Position numbers and translations under genes: made by a program
In this document: positions 10,149-18,791 of the stretch, one piece after another
How positions within the stretch are numbered: the stretch's first letter is position 1
Layout: every line of letters starts with the position of its first letter
DNA from: an uncultured Eubacteriales bacterium
Lineage (GTDB): Bacteria > Bacillota > Clostridia > Oscillospirales > CAG-272
Reading direction: 5' to 3'
Assembly: GCA_963614875.1 (NCBI GenBank)
Contig: CAVEFC010000001.1
Coordinates: forward strand, 28,285 to 92,284
Length of the DNA stretch: 64,000 nt
Notes under the pieces: generated by a model
What the model was told of the DNA's origin: nothing
Database searches by the model: none
What the model saw: the letters and a program-made list of their open reading frames with translations, nothing else

Positions 10149-12347
10149 ATGGCAAGAAAAAAGAAAAGCGACCAGATAACCTTTGACGACCTCCCCGCCG
10201 CGCTTCCGACGGATCAGCCCATAACGGAAACCATAGAAAAAAACTATATGCCGTACGTTATGTCGGTAATAGTGTCGCGCGCGATACCCGAAATCGATGG
10301 GTTCAAGCCGTCGCACAGAAAGCTGCTTTATACAATGTATAAAATGGGACTTCTGACCGGCGGCAGAACGAAAAGCGCAAACATCGTAGGTCAGACGATG
10401 AGGCTCAACCCTCACGGCGACGCGGCAATTTACGAGACGATGGTCAGACTGACGCGCGGAAACGAAGCCCTGCTTCATCCGTTTGTCGATTCAAAGGGAA
10501 GCTTCGGAAAGCAGTACAGTCGCGATATGGCGTATGCCGCGTCGCGTTATACCGAGGCAAAGCTCGATCCGATCTGCGCCGAAATATTCGGCGGAATAGA
10601 CCGCGACGCCGTGGATCTCGTTCCGAACTACGACAACACGACAACCGAGCCTGCCCTGCTCCCGACGTCGTTTCCGAACATTCTCGTTTCGGCGAATATG
10701 GGCATTGCCGTCGGACTTCAGAGTCAGATATGCTCCTTCAACTTGGGCGAGGTGTGCGACGGAACGATAGCCGTACTGCGAAATCCCGCGCTCTCGACAG
10801 ACGAGCTTATGGATATAATCAAAGCGCCCGATTTTCCCGGCGGCGCCGGACTTATCTACAATCGCGAGCAGATGAAAAGCCTCTTTGAAACGGGGCGCGG
10901 AAAGGTCACTCTGCGTTCGCGCTACGTTTACGATAAAAACGCCGGCTGTATAGAAATAGTCGAAATTCCGTACTCAACGTCGATTGAGCTTATATTCAAA
11001 AAGCTCACCGATATGATAAAGGAAGGTCAGCTCAAGGAAGTTACGGACGTGCGCGACGAAATAGATCTTCACGGCTTCAAGCTGACGCTCGATATCCGTC
11101 GCGGAACTGATCCCGATATGCTTATGGCAAAGCTGTTCAGGAAAACTCCCCTGCAGGACGATTTTTCCTGCAATTTCAACGTGCTTATCGACGGCGAGCC
11201 GCGCCTTCTCGGCGTGAGGGCGATAATCGACGAATGGATAAAATTCAGAATGAAGTGCGTAAGCCGCACGCTGAATTTCGACCTCGGCAAAAAATGCGAA
11301 AAGCTTCATCTGCTGCTCGGTCTCGGTGAAATACTCCTTGACATTGACAAGGCGATAAAAATCGTCCGCGAAACCGAAAAGGACGCGGACGTCGTTCCCA
11401 ATCTTATGGCGGGCTTCGGAATAGATCGGATTCAGGCGGAATACATTGCGGAGATAAAGCTCCGTCATCTCAACCGCGAATACATTATCGAGCGCATAAA
11501 GGAAATAGAAGACTTAAAGCGCGAGATAGAGGATCTTCGCGAAACGCTCGGCTCGGAAAAGAAGCTGAAAAAGCTCATTGCCGCTCAGCTTGAAGAGGTA
11601 AAGAAAAAGTACGCCGCGCCGAGAAAAACGCGCCTGATAGTTGAAGATACCGTAACCGAATACAAGGAAGAGGACTTTGTCGACAATTACAACGTCAAGT
11701 TCTATTTCACACGCGGCGGATATTTCAAGAAAATAACGCTCACCTCGCTTCGCGGCGCGGATGAGCAGAAGCTCAAGGACGGCGACGAAATCGCGCAGGT
11801 GACGGACGGCGAAAACATATCGGAGCTTCTGTTCGTTTCGGACAGACAGCGCATTTATCGCGCGAAGGCGTCGGATTTCGACGCCTGCAAGGCTTCCGCT
11901 CTCGGCGATTATATTCCGGCAAAGCTCGGCTTTGAAAAGGACGAAAAGGTCATCGCCATGGATTCGGATACAAAATTCGATTCAAAGCATTTTGTCGTTT
12001 ACATTTTTGAAAACGGCAAGGGAGTGAAAATTCCGCTTTCGCTGTACGAAACGAAAACCCCGCGCAAAAAGCTTGTCGCGGCATATTCGGCGGCGTCGCC
12101 GATAGTCGCCGCGTTCTTTATATCCGAAAACGAGGATATTATTCTTGTAAGCTCGCAGAACAAAGCCATTGTGATAAACACAAAGCTCATTCCCGAAAAA
12201 GCGACGAGAACGGCTGGCGGCGTAACGCTGTTTACGCTTAAGGGCGATCAGAAGATAACCGTCGCAAGCCGCGATATCGAAAGCTTTTCGGGCAGCGCGC
12301 GTTGCAGAAAAATAAAGATTCCGGCAAGCGGAACGTCGCTTGACTGA
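10149..12347 (+). CDS. Type IIA DNA topoisomerase subunit A (topo IV/gyrase-A paralog)
   Basis: DGFKPSHRKLLY and the catalytic-tyrosine motif AASRYTEAKL. It lies directly downstream of the B subunit. Confidence 0.85.
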   Translation: MARKKKSDQITFDDLPAALPTDQPITETIEKNYMPYVMSVIVSRAIPEIDGFKPSHRKLLYTMYKMGLLTGGRTKSANIVGQTMRLNPHGDAAIYETMVRLTRGNEALLHPFVDSKGSFGKQYSRDMAYAASRYTEAKLDPICAEIFGGIDRDAVDLVPNYDNTTTEPALLPTSFPNILVSANMGIAVGLQSQICSFNLGEVCDGTIAVLRNPALSTDELMDIIKAPDFPGGAGLIYNREQMKSLFETGRGKVTLRSRYVYDKNAGCIEIVEIPYSTSIELIFKKLTDMIKEGQLKEVTDVRDEIDLHGFKLTLDIRRGTDPDMLMAKLFRKTPLQDDFSCNFNVLIDGEPRLLGVRAIIDEWIKFRMKCVSRTLNFDLGKKCEKLHLLLGLGEILLDIDKAIKIVRETEKDADVVPNLMAGFGIDRIQAEYIAEIKLRHLNREYIIERIKEIEDLKREIEDLRETLGSEKKLKKLIAAQLEEVKKKYAAPRKTRLIVEDTVTEYKEEDFVDNYNVKFYFTRGGYFKKITLTSLRGADEQKLKDGDEIAQVTDGENISELLFVSDRQRIYRAKASDFDACKASALGDYIPAKLGFEKDEKVIAMDSDTKFDSKHFVVYIFENGKGVKIPLSLYETKTPRKKLVAAYSAASPIVAAFFISENEDIILVSSQNKAIVINTKLIPEKATRTAGGVTLFTLKGDQKITVASRDIESFSGSARCRKIKIPASGTSLD

Positions 12348-12362
12348 TCTGACGGAGGGACT

Positions 12363-12977
12363 ATGACCGACGTATATATAATCTGCTCCGACGGGGTATT
12401 CCGCCGGATGCTCGAGCTTGAACTCACGGAATACGGTGCAAACGTGATGCCGGAGGGCAGCGCAATCACGGCGCCGTGCGCCGTCCTGATCTCCGCTCCG
12501 GATATCGACAGGGCGGTTCTGCCGCAGGACGACGGATGCCTTACGGTGATATTCGGATATTCCGAAGAGCTTTCGGACGTTTCGGCGGCAAATCCGTCGG
12601 CGGTGCTTGTCCGCCCGTTCGATACTGACGAGCTTATGCGCGTGCTTTTCGGAGAAAGCAAAGCGCAGTCCGTTCCGGCAATAAGAAGAATAACCGCCGC
12701 CTGCAGACTTACGACGAACATCGAAAAACGCACGGTAAGCTATCTCGGGGCGACCGCTCACCTGACAAGGCGCGAATTTGCCCTGTTTGAATATCTTTAC
12801 AAGCGAAAAGGCGAAGAAATTTCCAGAAGCGAAATTTTCGACAACGTATGGGGCGGAGGCGGCGGAGAAAGCGTCGTTGACGTTTACGTCTGCTATCTGC
12901 GCGAAAAGCTCGAGGACGCGTTCGGTATAAGGTTTATCCGCACAATCAGGGGCAAGGGCTATATGTTTGAAAAATAA
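12363..12977 (+). CDS. OmpR/PhoB-type winged-helix DNA-binding protein with a degenerate receiver-like N-terminus
   Basis: C-terminal wHTH (LTRREFALFEYLYKRKGEEISRSEIFDNVW...IRTIRGKGYMF). The N-terminal ~100 aa are receiver-like but lack the usual acidic pocket (see findings). Confidence 0.7.
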   Translation: MTDVYIICSDGVFRRMLELELTEYGANVMPEGSAITAPCAVLISAPDIDRAVLPQDDGCLTVIFGYSEELSDVSAANPSAVLVRPFDTDELMRVLFGESKAQSVPAIRRITAACRLTTNIEKRTVSYLGATAHLTRREFALFEYLYKRKGEEISRSEIFDNVWGGGGGESVVDVYVCYLREKLEDAFGIRFIRTIRGKGYMFEK

Positions 12978-12989
12978 AGAGGCGCAGAT

Positions 12990-13469
12990 ATGAAAATAAT
13001 TTCACGCGACGAATATTTTATGGGCATTGCACTGAAGGAAGCCGAAAAGGCGGCTGCGCTCGGAGAAGTTCCGGTGGGAGCGGTCGTCGTATGGGGAAAC
13101 AGAATAATTTCACGGGCTTTCAACACGCGCGAAACCGACAGAAACGCTCTTTGTCACGCCGAAATAAAGGCGATAGACAAGGCGTGCCGGAGGCTCGGCG
13201 GATGGCGGCTTTTTATGTGCGAGCTTTTTGTCACGCTCGAGCCGTGCCCTATGTGCGCCGGCGCAATAATAAATTCAAGAATAAAGCGCGTTGTTTTCGG
13301 CGCGCGCGACGAAAAAGCGGGAGCCGTGGTGTCACGCGAGGAAACGTTTTCGCTCGGCTTCAACCATACGCCCGAGGTAACCGAGGGCGTTCTTTCGGAG
13401 GAATGTGCAAAAAAACTGTCCGACTTTTTTGCGGATCTCCGCGGAAAACGGAAAAAATATAAAAAATGA
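12990..13469 (+). CDS. tadA: tRNA adenosine(34) deaminase
   Basis: CDA zinc motifs HAE (CHAEIKAI) and PCPMCAGAI. Size is 159 aa. Confidence 0.9.
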   Translation: MKIISRDEYFMGIALKEAEKAAALGEVPVGAVVVWGNRIISRAFNTRETDRNALCHAEIKAIDKACRRLGGWRLFMCELFVTLEPCPMCAGAIINSRIKRVVFGARDEKAGAVVSREETFSLGFNHTPEVTEGVLSEECAKKLSDFFADLRGKRKKYKK

Positions 13470-13620
13470 CGGAGTTTTGAGCGGAATTTTGTAGTTATTT
13501 CCGTGTAAAATATATTTGACTTTTTTCCGTATATGTGGTAACATATAAATTACACAGGCGGCACATACAAGGACAGGAGCGGGAAACCCTGCTCGAAGGA
13601 AAAGAAAGGAAGTCCGTTCG

Positions 13621-14898
13621 ATGAAGAAAGAACTCAAACAAATATTACTTATGATTTTGACAATAGCAATTGTCGCGTCGTTCTGCGCGGCGGTTGTAAG
13701 CTGCGGCGGCAGCTCAAACAAGCAGACAACAGGGGAAGGCGGTCTTACGCTGAAGCCGAGCGCCACGGAAACGACTTCAACGGCAGCGACGACAGCCCCC
13801 GTATCCACAACAACGGAAAATTCCGGTACATCTACGGATACAGCCGTTGAAACGACAAAGCCGATAACTCCGGTTGAAACGGGTACATATACAAATCCTC
13901 TTACGGGACTTAAAACAAGCGTGACCGATCCTTCAGACAAGCGCCCCGTTGCCATAGTTGTGGACAACATTTCAACCGCTTACAAAAATCAGAAGGGGCT
14001 TTATCAGGCCGATATACTTTACGAAGCTCTCGTTGCTCCGGGCATCACGCGTTATCTTGCGATAATCGAAGATTACGAATCCGTAAAGGATATCTGCAAT
14101 GTCCGTTCGGGCAGAGATTATCACATAGATATCGCGCAGGGACACAACGCCATACTCGTTTGCCACGGCGGTTCTATAAACGAAAAGTATGATTTCTATC
14201 AGCTCGTTGTGAAAAGACTCGGCAGCCGTTATTCGTTTATCGATACAAAGGACGAATACGTTACCGGAACAGAAGAAGGCGGAAAGAAATACGGCACGAT
14301 TCAGAATTACAAATCCCGCTCGGATATCGCTTACGATACGGTTGTAAACGGCTCGGCACTCAAAATAATGGTAACGGGCAAATCGTCCAAATTCGCAAAG
14401 AGCGGCGCAGTCTATACGGGCGCTCCGAACGGCTTCAAGTTCGGAACAAGCTCCGCTTCTTCCTCGTCCATTTCCGCAAAGACGGTAACGGTACAGTTCA
14501 CAATGGATAACAACACCAGCACAAAGGACGTTACCTTCACTTACGATTCCGCATCCGATAAATATATCCGTTCGCAGATCGCGGTAAACGGTCTGAGCGG
14601 CGAGGAGCTTTCCTTTACAAACGTTATCTTCCTCGGCGTTAAAGTAACTCAGGGCAATGGCACGGCAGAAGATCCCAGAATGGCTCTCATCGACGTAACT
14701 GGCTCGGGCAAAGGCTATTACTGCTACGGCGGCAAGATGGTTGCAATCAAGTGGACAAAAACAGCAGACGGCGGCGCGCTCAAGCTTATGACCGAAAGCG
14801 GCGAGGAGCTTACCCTTTCCGCAGGAAACACCTATATCGGCTATCTTGAAAAAGACTATGTAGATGAATTTTCTTCAAAAGGCTATCACGCAAACTAA
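13621..14898 (+). CDS. DUF3048-family lipoprotein
   Basis: Lipobox signal peptide (LTIAIVASFCAAVVSCGG), a Thr-rich linker, then DUF3048-like PVAIVVDNISTAYKNQKGLYQADILYEALVAPGITRYLAI. Confidence 0.65.
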   Translation: MKKELKQILLMILTIAIVASFCAAVVSCGGSSNKQTTGEGGLTLKPSATETTSTAATTAPVSTTTENSGTSTDTAVETTKPITPVETGTYTNPLTGLKTSVTDPSDKRPVAIVVDNISTAYKNQKGLYQADILYEALVAPGITRYLAIIEDYESVKDICNVRSGRDYHIDIAQGHNAILVCHGGSINEKYDFYQLVVKRLGSRYSFIDTKDEYVTGTEEGGKKYGTIQNYKSRSDIAYDTVVNGSALKIMVTGKSSKFAKSGAVYTGAPNGFKFGTSSASSSSISAKTVTVQFTMDNNTSTKDVTFTYDSASDKYIRSQIAVNGLSGEELSFTNVIFLGVKVTQGNGTAEDPRMALIDVTGSGKGYYCYGGKMVAIKWTKTADGGALKLMTESGEELTLSAGNTYIGYLEKDYVDEFSSKGYHAN

Positions 14899-14907
14899 GT
14901 AAAACGG

Positions 14908-14933
14908 AAAAGCACCCTTCGGGGTGCTTTTTC
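14908..14933 (+). terminator. Intrinsic terminator
   Basis: AGCACCC-TTCG-GGGTGCT hairpin followed by a T-run. Confidence 0.7.
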
Positions 14934-14946
14934 GGTCAGGACAGAT

Positions 14947-14977
14947 GAAAAAATCCCCGCTCACGCGGGGATTTTTT
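14947..14977 (-). terminator. Intrinsic terminator (A/T-flanked, bidirectional in form) for the phosphorylase gene
   Basis: AAAAAATCCCCGC-TCAC-GCGGGGATTTTTT abutting the stop of the minus-strand gene. Confidence 0.65.
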
Positions 14978-17280
14978 CATCCTATATATACCGTAAGATT
15001 CATTTTTTCGCCGACAGGCGCGATAATGTTTTTTTCCGGTTTTATTTCTTTTCCGTCAAGCTCTATTCTGCTTACCTTGTCGCTTTTTCCCGAGCAGACA
15101 AAGCTGATATTGTACTCACAGCCTCTGAAAAGCTTCTTTATCGAACATTCTTTCCACGAAAGCGGCAGACACGGCTCGATCCTCAGTCCCTCAAGCTCGG
15201 GATGCAAGCCGAAAATATATTCAACCGTGCTTTTGAGCAGCCATGAGCTTGCCGCCGTTCTCCAGCTTTGTCCGGGCGTGGCATAGCGATATCCCGTTTC
15301 GGGCGCAAAATACGAATTATACATTGCGTAAGGCTCGCCGCATTTTGTTTCGTACTCGGTGTTTGTCACAAGCATTTTCTTCAGTCCCTCTTCAACCTTG
15401 TCGGGACGGTGAAGCATACTGTCAGCCGCAAGCTTCCACGCGGAAGGATGCAGATAGATTCCGCCGTTATCCTGAACGCCGGGCGCTTTTTCCGCCATAG
15501 AGCCTATATAATAATACTGATGCGAATATGCGGGATATGCAAGTCTTGTTCCGAGCTTTGTTTCAAGAATTCTGTCCGCGCTTTCCATGGCGATTCTGTC
15601 CTTGCCGTCCTTTGCCGCGCCCGAAAGCACAGCCCACAGCTGAGAGATAAGGAATATCTTTCCCTCTTCGCAATCCTTTGAGCCCATAATTATATCGTCG
15701 TCCGTGCGGGCATAAATGTAATATTCGCCGTCCCAGCCGTACTTATCGATGCGCTCGCGCATAATGTCGCCGCGCTCGGCTGCGGTTTTTGCGTCATCCG
15801 TTTTTCCCATAGCGGCGGCAAGTCTGCCGAAAGCGGCATTGGCTCTGTACCATGCGAGCGTCAGCCATACGGAAACGCCTTTGCCTTCAAGTCCGGCAAA
15901 ATTCACGCAGTCGTTCCAATCTCCGCCCCATATGCGAACAAGTCCGTAAAGTCCTGTGAAATTCCACAAAAAATCTACCGAACGGCGAAGATGCTCATAT
16001 ACGCTCGCCTTTGTACCGTTGTTGAATTCAACCTCTTCATTCAGAAGATTTATATCGCCAAGCTCTTTTACTATCGTGTCTGCGGCAAACGTCATCCATA
16101 CGGTGTTATCCGCGAATTTTCTGTCGCGTATCGCGCCGTCGATTATCGTTCTCGGAGCATAGCCGGTATCATACTGATATGTAAGGATGCGCTTCAATCT
16201 CTCCCATGCAAGGCGCGGATTTACACACGCAAGACATTCCGTATCGCTTGTAAGATCGCGATATCCGTTATGGCGGACTCTTGCCCATCTGCTGCCCATA
16301 TCGGCAGCGTATTTCATCCAGCCGTTTATAAGTTTGTCGAAGTCTCCCAACGGAGTGCTTATCTCAACGCCACAGAGTCTTTCCTTATATTTGTTTTCCA
16401 TAGCAGAAAATTCTTTTTCGACCTCGTCCGGAGAAAGCGCGGCTATGCCGTCCTTGTCATAGGCAAGACCGAGCGTGAAGCAAACCGTCCTTTTCTCGCC
16501 GGGAAGAAGCGTCATATCGTTTTGCAAAACAAGACAAAGCTTTTCGGAGTTGCAGTCCGTGTTCTGACATTTCAGTCCTTTTTCAAGCGCCGAAGGATGC
16601 TGCTCGTCGCCGTAAGGGCCGATAAAAGCGTTTCTTCTCGAATCGAAGCCGCTGATTTTATCGCTTGAAGCCATATATGCGTACATCGGACGGCATCTTC
16701 CGGGCAGTGCGGGATCAGGATAAAATTCCGTGTAGAAATGTCCCCATACGGCGTTTTTGTCTTCAAAAGCGCCGCCCGTGGCAAGATTATAGCCCTGCGG
16801 ACGGTATGTTCCGTCGACCTCGGTTTTTGCGTATGAAACAAGCGAAAGCGTTCTTTCCTTGTCGGAGGTATTTTCAAGCGTCACACTCCATATTTCGCGC
16901 ATATCGTCGCACGGCACGAATATCCGAAGCGTGCTTTTTATGCCGTTTTTCTTCTGGCTTATTTCGGTCGAACCGTTTTTGTGCGTGCAGAGATAATCGG
17001 TATATCCGGAATTCATCGGCAAGCCGCATATGCTGAAATATTTTCCGTCCTCGCAGACGAAAAGATTGCGGTTTGAAACAAGCATAATCCGCCTGCCCAT
17101 ATCGTCCTGCGCGAAGCCCTCTCCGTAGCCGACCTGCGATGTAAAGGTTATGTATCCGTCATTATACATATAATTGTACCAATGGCGCGGAGTTTCGGGC
17201 TCTGTTATATAATATGCGTCTCCTTTTTCGGAAAAATGACCGTACTGCTTTGTTCTGTCCATAAAAGCGGTTCCTTTCAA
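14977..17280 (-). CDS. GH94-like glycoside phosphorylase (cellobiose/chitobiose-phosphorylase superfamily)
   Basis: 767 aa with a GGDWNDCVN motif resembling the catalytic DWND region of GH94-type phosphorylases. Overall size and organisation are compatible. Substrate unknown. Confidence 0.5.
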   Translation of the reverse strand: MKGTAFMDRTKQYGHFSEKGDAYYITEPETPRHWYNYMYNDGYITFTSQVGYGEGFAQDDMGRRIMLVSNRNLFVCEDGKYFSICGLPMNSGYTDYLCTHKNGSTEISQKKNGIKSTLRIFVPCDDMREIWSVTLENTSDKERTLSLVSYAKTEVDGTYRPQGYNLATGGAFEDKNAVWGHFYTEFYPDPALPGRCRPMYAYMASSDKISGFDSRRNAFIGPYGDEQHPSALEKGLKCQNTDCNSEKLCLVLQNDMTLLPGEKRTVCFTLGLAYDKDGIAALSPDEVEKEFSAMENKYKERLCGVEISTPLGDFDKLINGWMKYAADMGSRWARVRHNGYRDLTSDTECLACVNPRLAWERLKRILTYQYDTGYAPRTIIDGAIRDRKFADNTVWMTFAADTIVKELGDINLLNEEVEFNNGTKASVYEHLRRSVDFLWNFTGLYGLVRIWGGDWNDCVNFAGLEGKGVSVWLTLAWYRANAAFGRLAAAMGKTDDAKTAAERGDIMRERIDKYGWDGEYYIYARTDDDIIMGSKDCEEGKIFLISQLWAVLSGAAKDGKDRIAMESADRILETKLGTRLAYPAYSHQYYYIGSMAEKAPGVQDNGGIYLHPSAWKLAADSMLHRPDKVEEGLKKMLVTNTEYETKCGEPYAMYNSYFAPETGYRYATPGQSWRTAASSWLLKSTVEYIFGLHPELEGLRIEPCLPLSWKECSIKKLFRGCEYNISFVCSGKSDKVSRIELDGKEIKPEKNIIAPVGEKMNLTVYIG

Positions 17281-17311
17281 AAATGTTTATATATCCTTTT
17301 CAATACAGATA

Positions 17312-18532
17312 TCAGTTCAATTGCGGAAGATACTCTTTCGGGTTGACCTTTACATATGCGCCCTGAGAATATTTTCTTATCTCGAAGTGAAGATGAGTGC
17401 CGGCGTAGATGTCTGACGCCGTCGGCGCGGGAGAAACTCTGCCCGTGTTTCCGCTGTAGCCTATGACCTGCCCCTGCGTGACTTTATCTCCCACCGACAC
17501 CGTTTTTGATTTTAAGTGCGCGTAATATGTGCGATAGCCGTTTCCGTGATCTATCACGACGTAGGTTCCGTACGTCCAGCGCAGATCGGAGGAGGAAAAA
17601 TATCCGTCGTCATAGGCGTAAACCACCGTTCCGCTCATCGACGCCGTTATCGGCGAGCCGTAATAAACGCCGAAATCCATCCCGCCGTGAGAGTTCGAGC
17701 CGCCGTAATACTGCGTTACGCGATAATCCGCTCCGCCCTGAGCCGCCGTCCTGAACGGGAGAGCGAAGCTCTCCTCCTTTTTCTTTGTGCCTACGGCTGT
17801 TACCTCGTCAACCGGCGCAACCACATCGGAGGAAATAATTTCGCGCTTTATCTCTTCTCCGCGCTCGTATGTTATTTTATATGTATTTACCGTATATCCG
17901 TCGGCGCCGCAGACGCTTGTCGCCTGCTCGCCCTCATAAAGATTTTCGTCGTAAACGTATTTTACGGAATATTTCACCGTGTTTTCGTTTTTCGTTATCG
18001 TTTCGTATGTAAATACGGGCTTTGTGCCGATGAGAATTATCTTTTTTTCCGGCTCGCTCAAAATTGTTTCCTCGCTGTCCTCGAAGACAAGCCCGCCGCC
18101 CGAATAATAGCCCGTTTTTGTTATCTGCAAAAGCCCGTCCCTGCCGTATTGCAGAACGCAGCTTACGTCCTCATATTCATCGTCCGAATAAACGTATTCC
18201 GTTTCGCGCGGAATTTTTTCTATCGTCGCGGATTTTTTCGTTTCGGGCAACGGCTCAGAGGAGCTTTCCGACGAAGCCGAAGTAAATTCCGCAGGAGAGG
18301 TTTGGCTTTGCGTTTCGTAAAAAGAAGTTCCGGACGCCGACGTTTGTGTTTTTGCCGTTGTCTTTGCCGACAAAGTGCCTGTGTATGCGCCGCCCGTTTC
18401 GGTGCGCGGAGCCTTCTCTCCGCAGGAAACAAAAACCGCAGCGACGGCAAAAGCCGCCGCAAAAATCAGAATCGTGCCGAAGCGCCCGTGATATGATCGT
18501 GCCATAAAAATACCGCTTTCTTTTCCGGTCAA
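17312..18532 (-). CDS. M23 family metallopeptidase with G5 domains
   Basis: N-terminal TM/signal region, G5-like repeats (ILIGTKP, VTAVGTKK), and C-terminal M23 motifs HGGMDF and GTHLHFEI. Confidence 0.8.
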   Translation of the reverse strand: MTGKESGIFMARSYHGRFGTILIFAAAFAVAAVFVSCGEKAPRTETGGAYTGTLSAKTTAKTQTSASGTSFYETQSQTSPAEFTSASSESSSEPLPETKKSATIEKIPRETEYVYSDDEYEDVSCVLQYGRDGLLQITKTGYYSGGGLVFEDSEETILSEPEKKIILIGTKPVFTYETITKNENTVKYSVKYVYDENLYEGEQATSVCGADGYTVNTYKITYERGEEIKREIISSDVVAPVDEVTAVGTKKKEESFALPFRTAAQGGADYRVTQYYGGSNSHGGMDFGVYYGSPITASMSGTVVYAYDDGYFSSSDLRWTYGTYVVIDHGNGYRTYYAHLKSKTVSVGDKVTQGQVIGYSGNTGRVSPAPTASDIYAGTHLHFEIRKYSQGAYVKVNPKEYLPQLN

Positions 18533-18791
18533 AAAGCGACTCGTCGCTCCCTGCCGAAATTACCTTGCTTTGACAAAATTATATAATACGGCACACAGCT
18601 TTTCAATGAATAAATAAAGGGTGCAAAAGAATAATCTTCCTGTAAAAAGCGCACGGGCTCAAAAGAAAATCATCCTTCCCGTTACGGCTCGTATTATACC
18701 ACAGAACCCGTAAAAAATCAAGACTTGTATTTTGTCTTTTCCCGATTTATAATTGAAAATGCAATAATATGATAAGAAAGCACAAAAGGAT

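Noticed and set aside
13470-13620. Looked for an SRP RNA (ffs) or another small RNA downstream of tadA, a common arrangement in Firmicutes
   Set aside because: The 150-nt gap holds only a plausible promoter and leader for the DUF3048 gene. I could not see the conserved SRP domain IV helix or GNAR tetraloop pattern.
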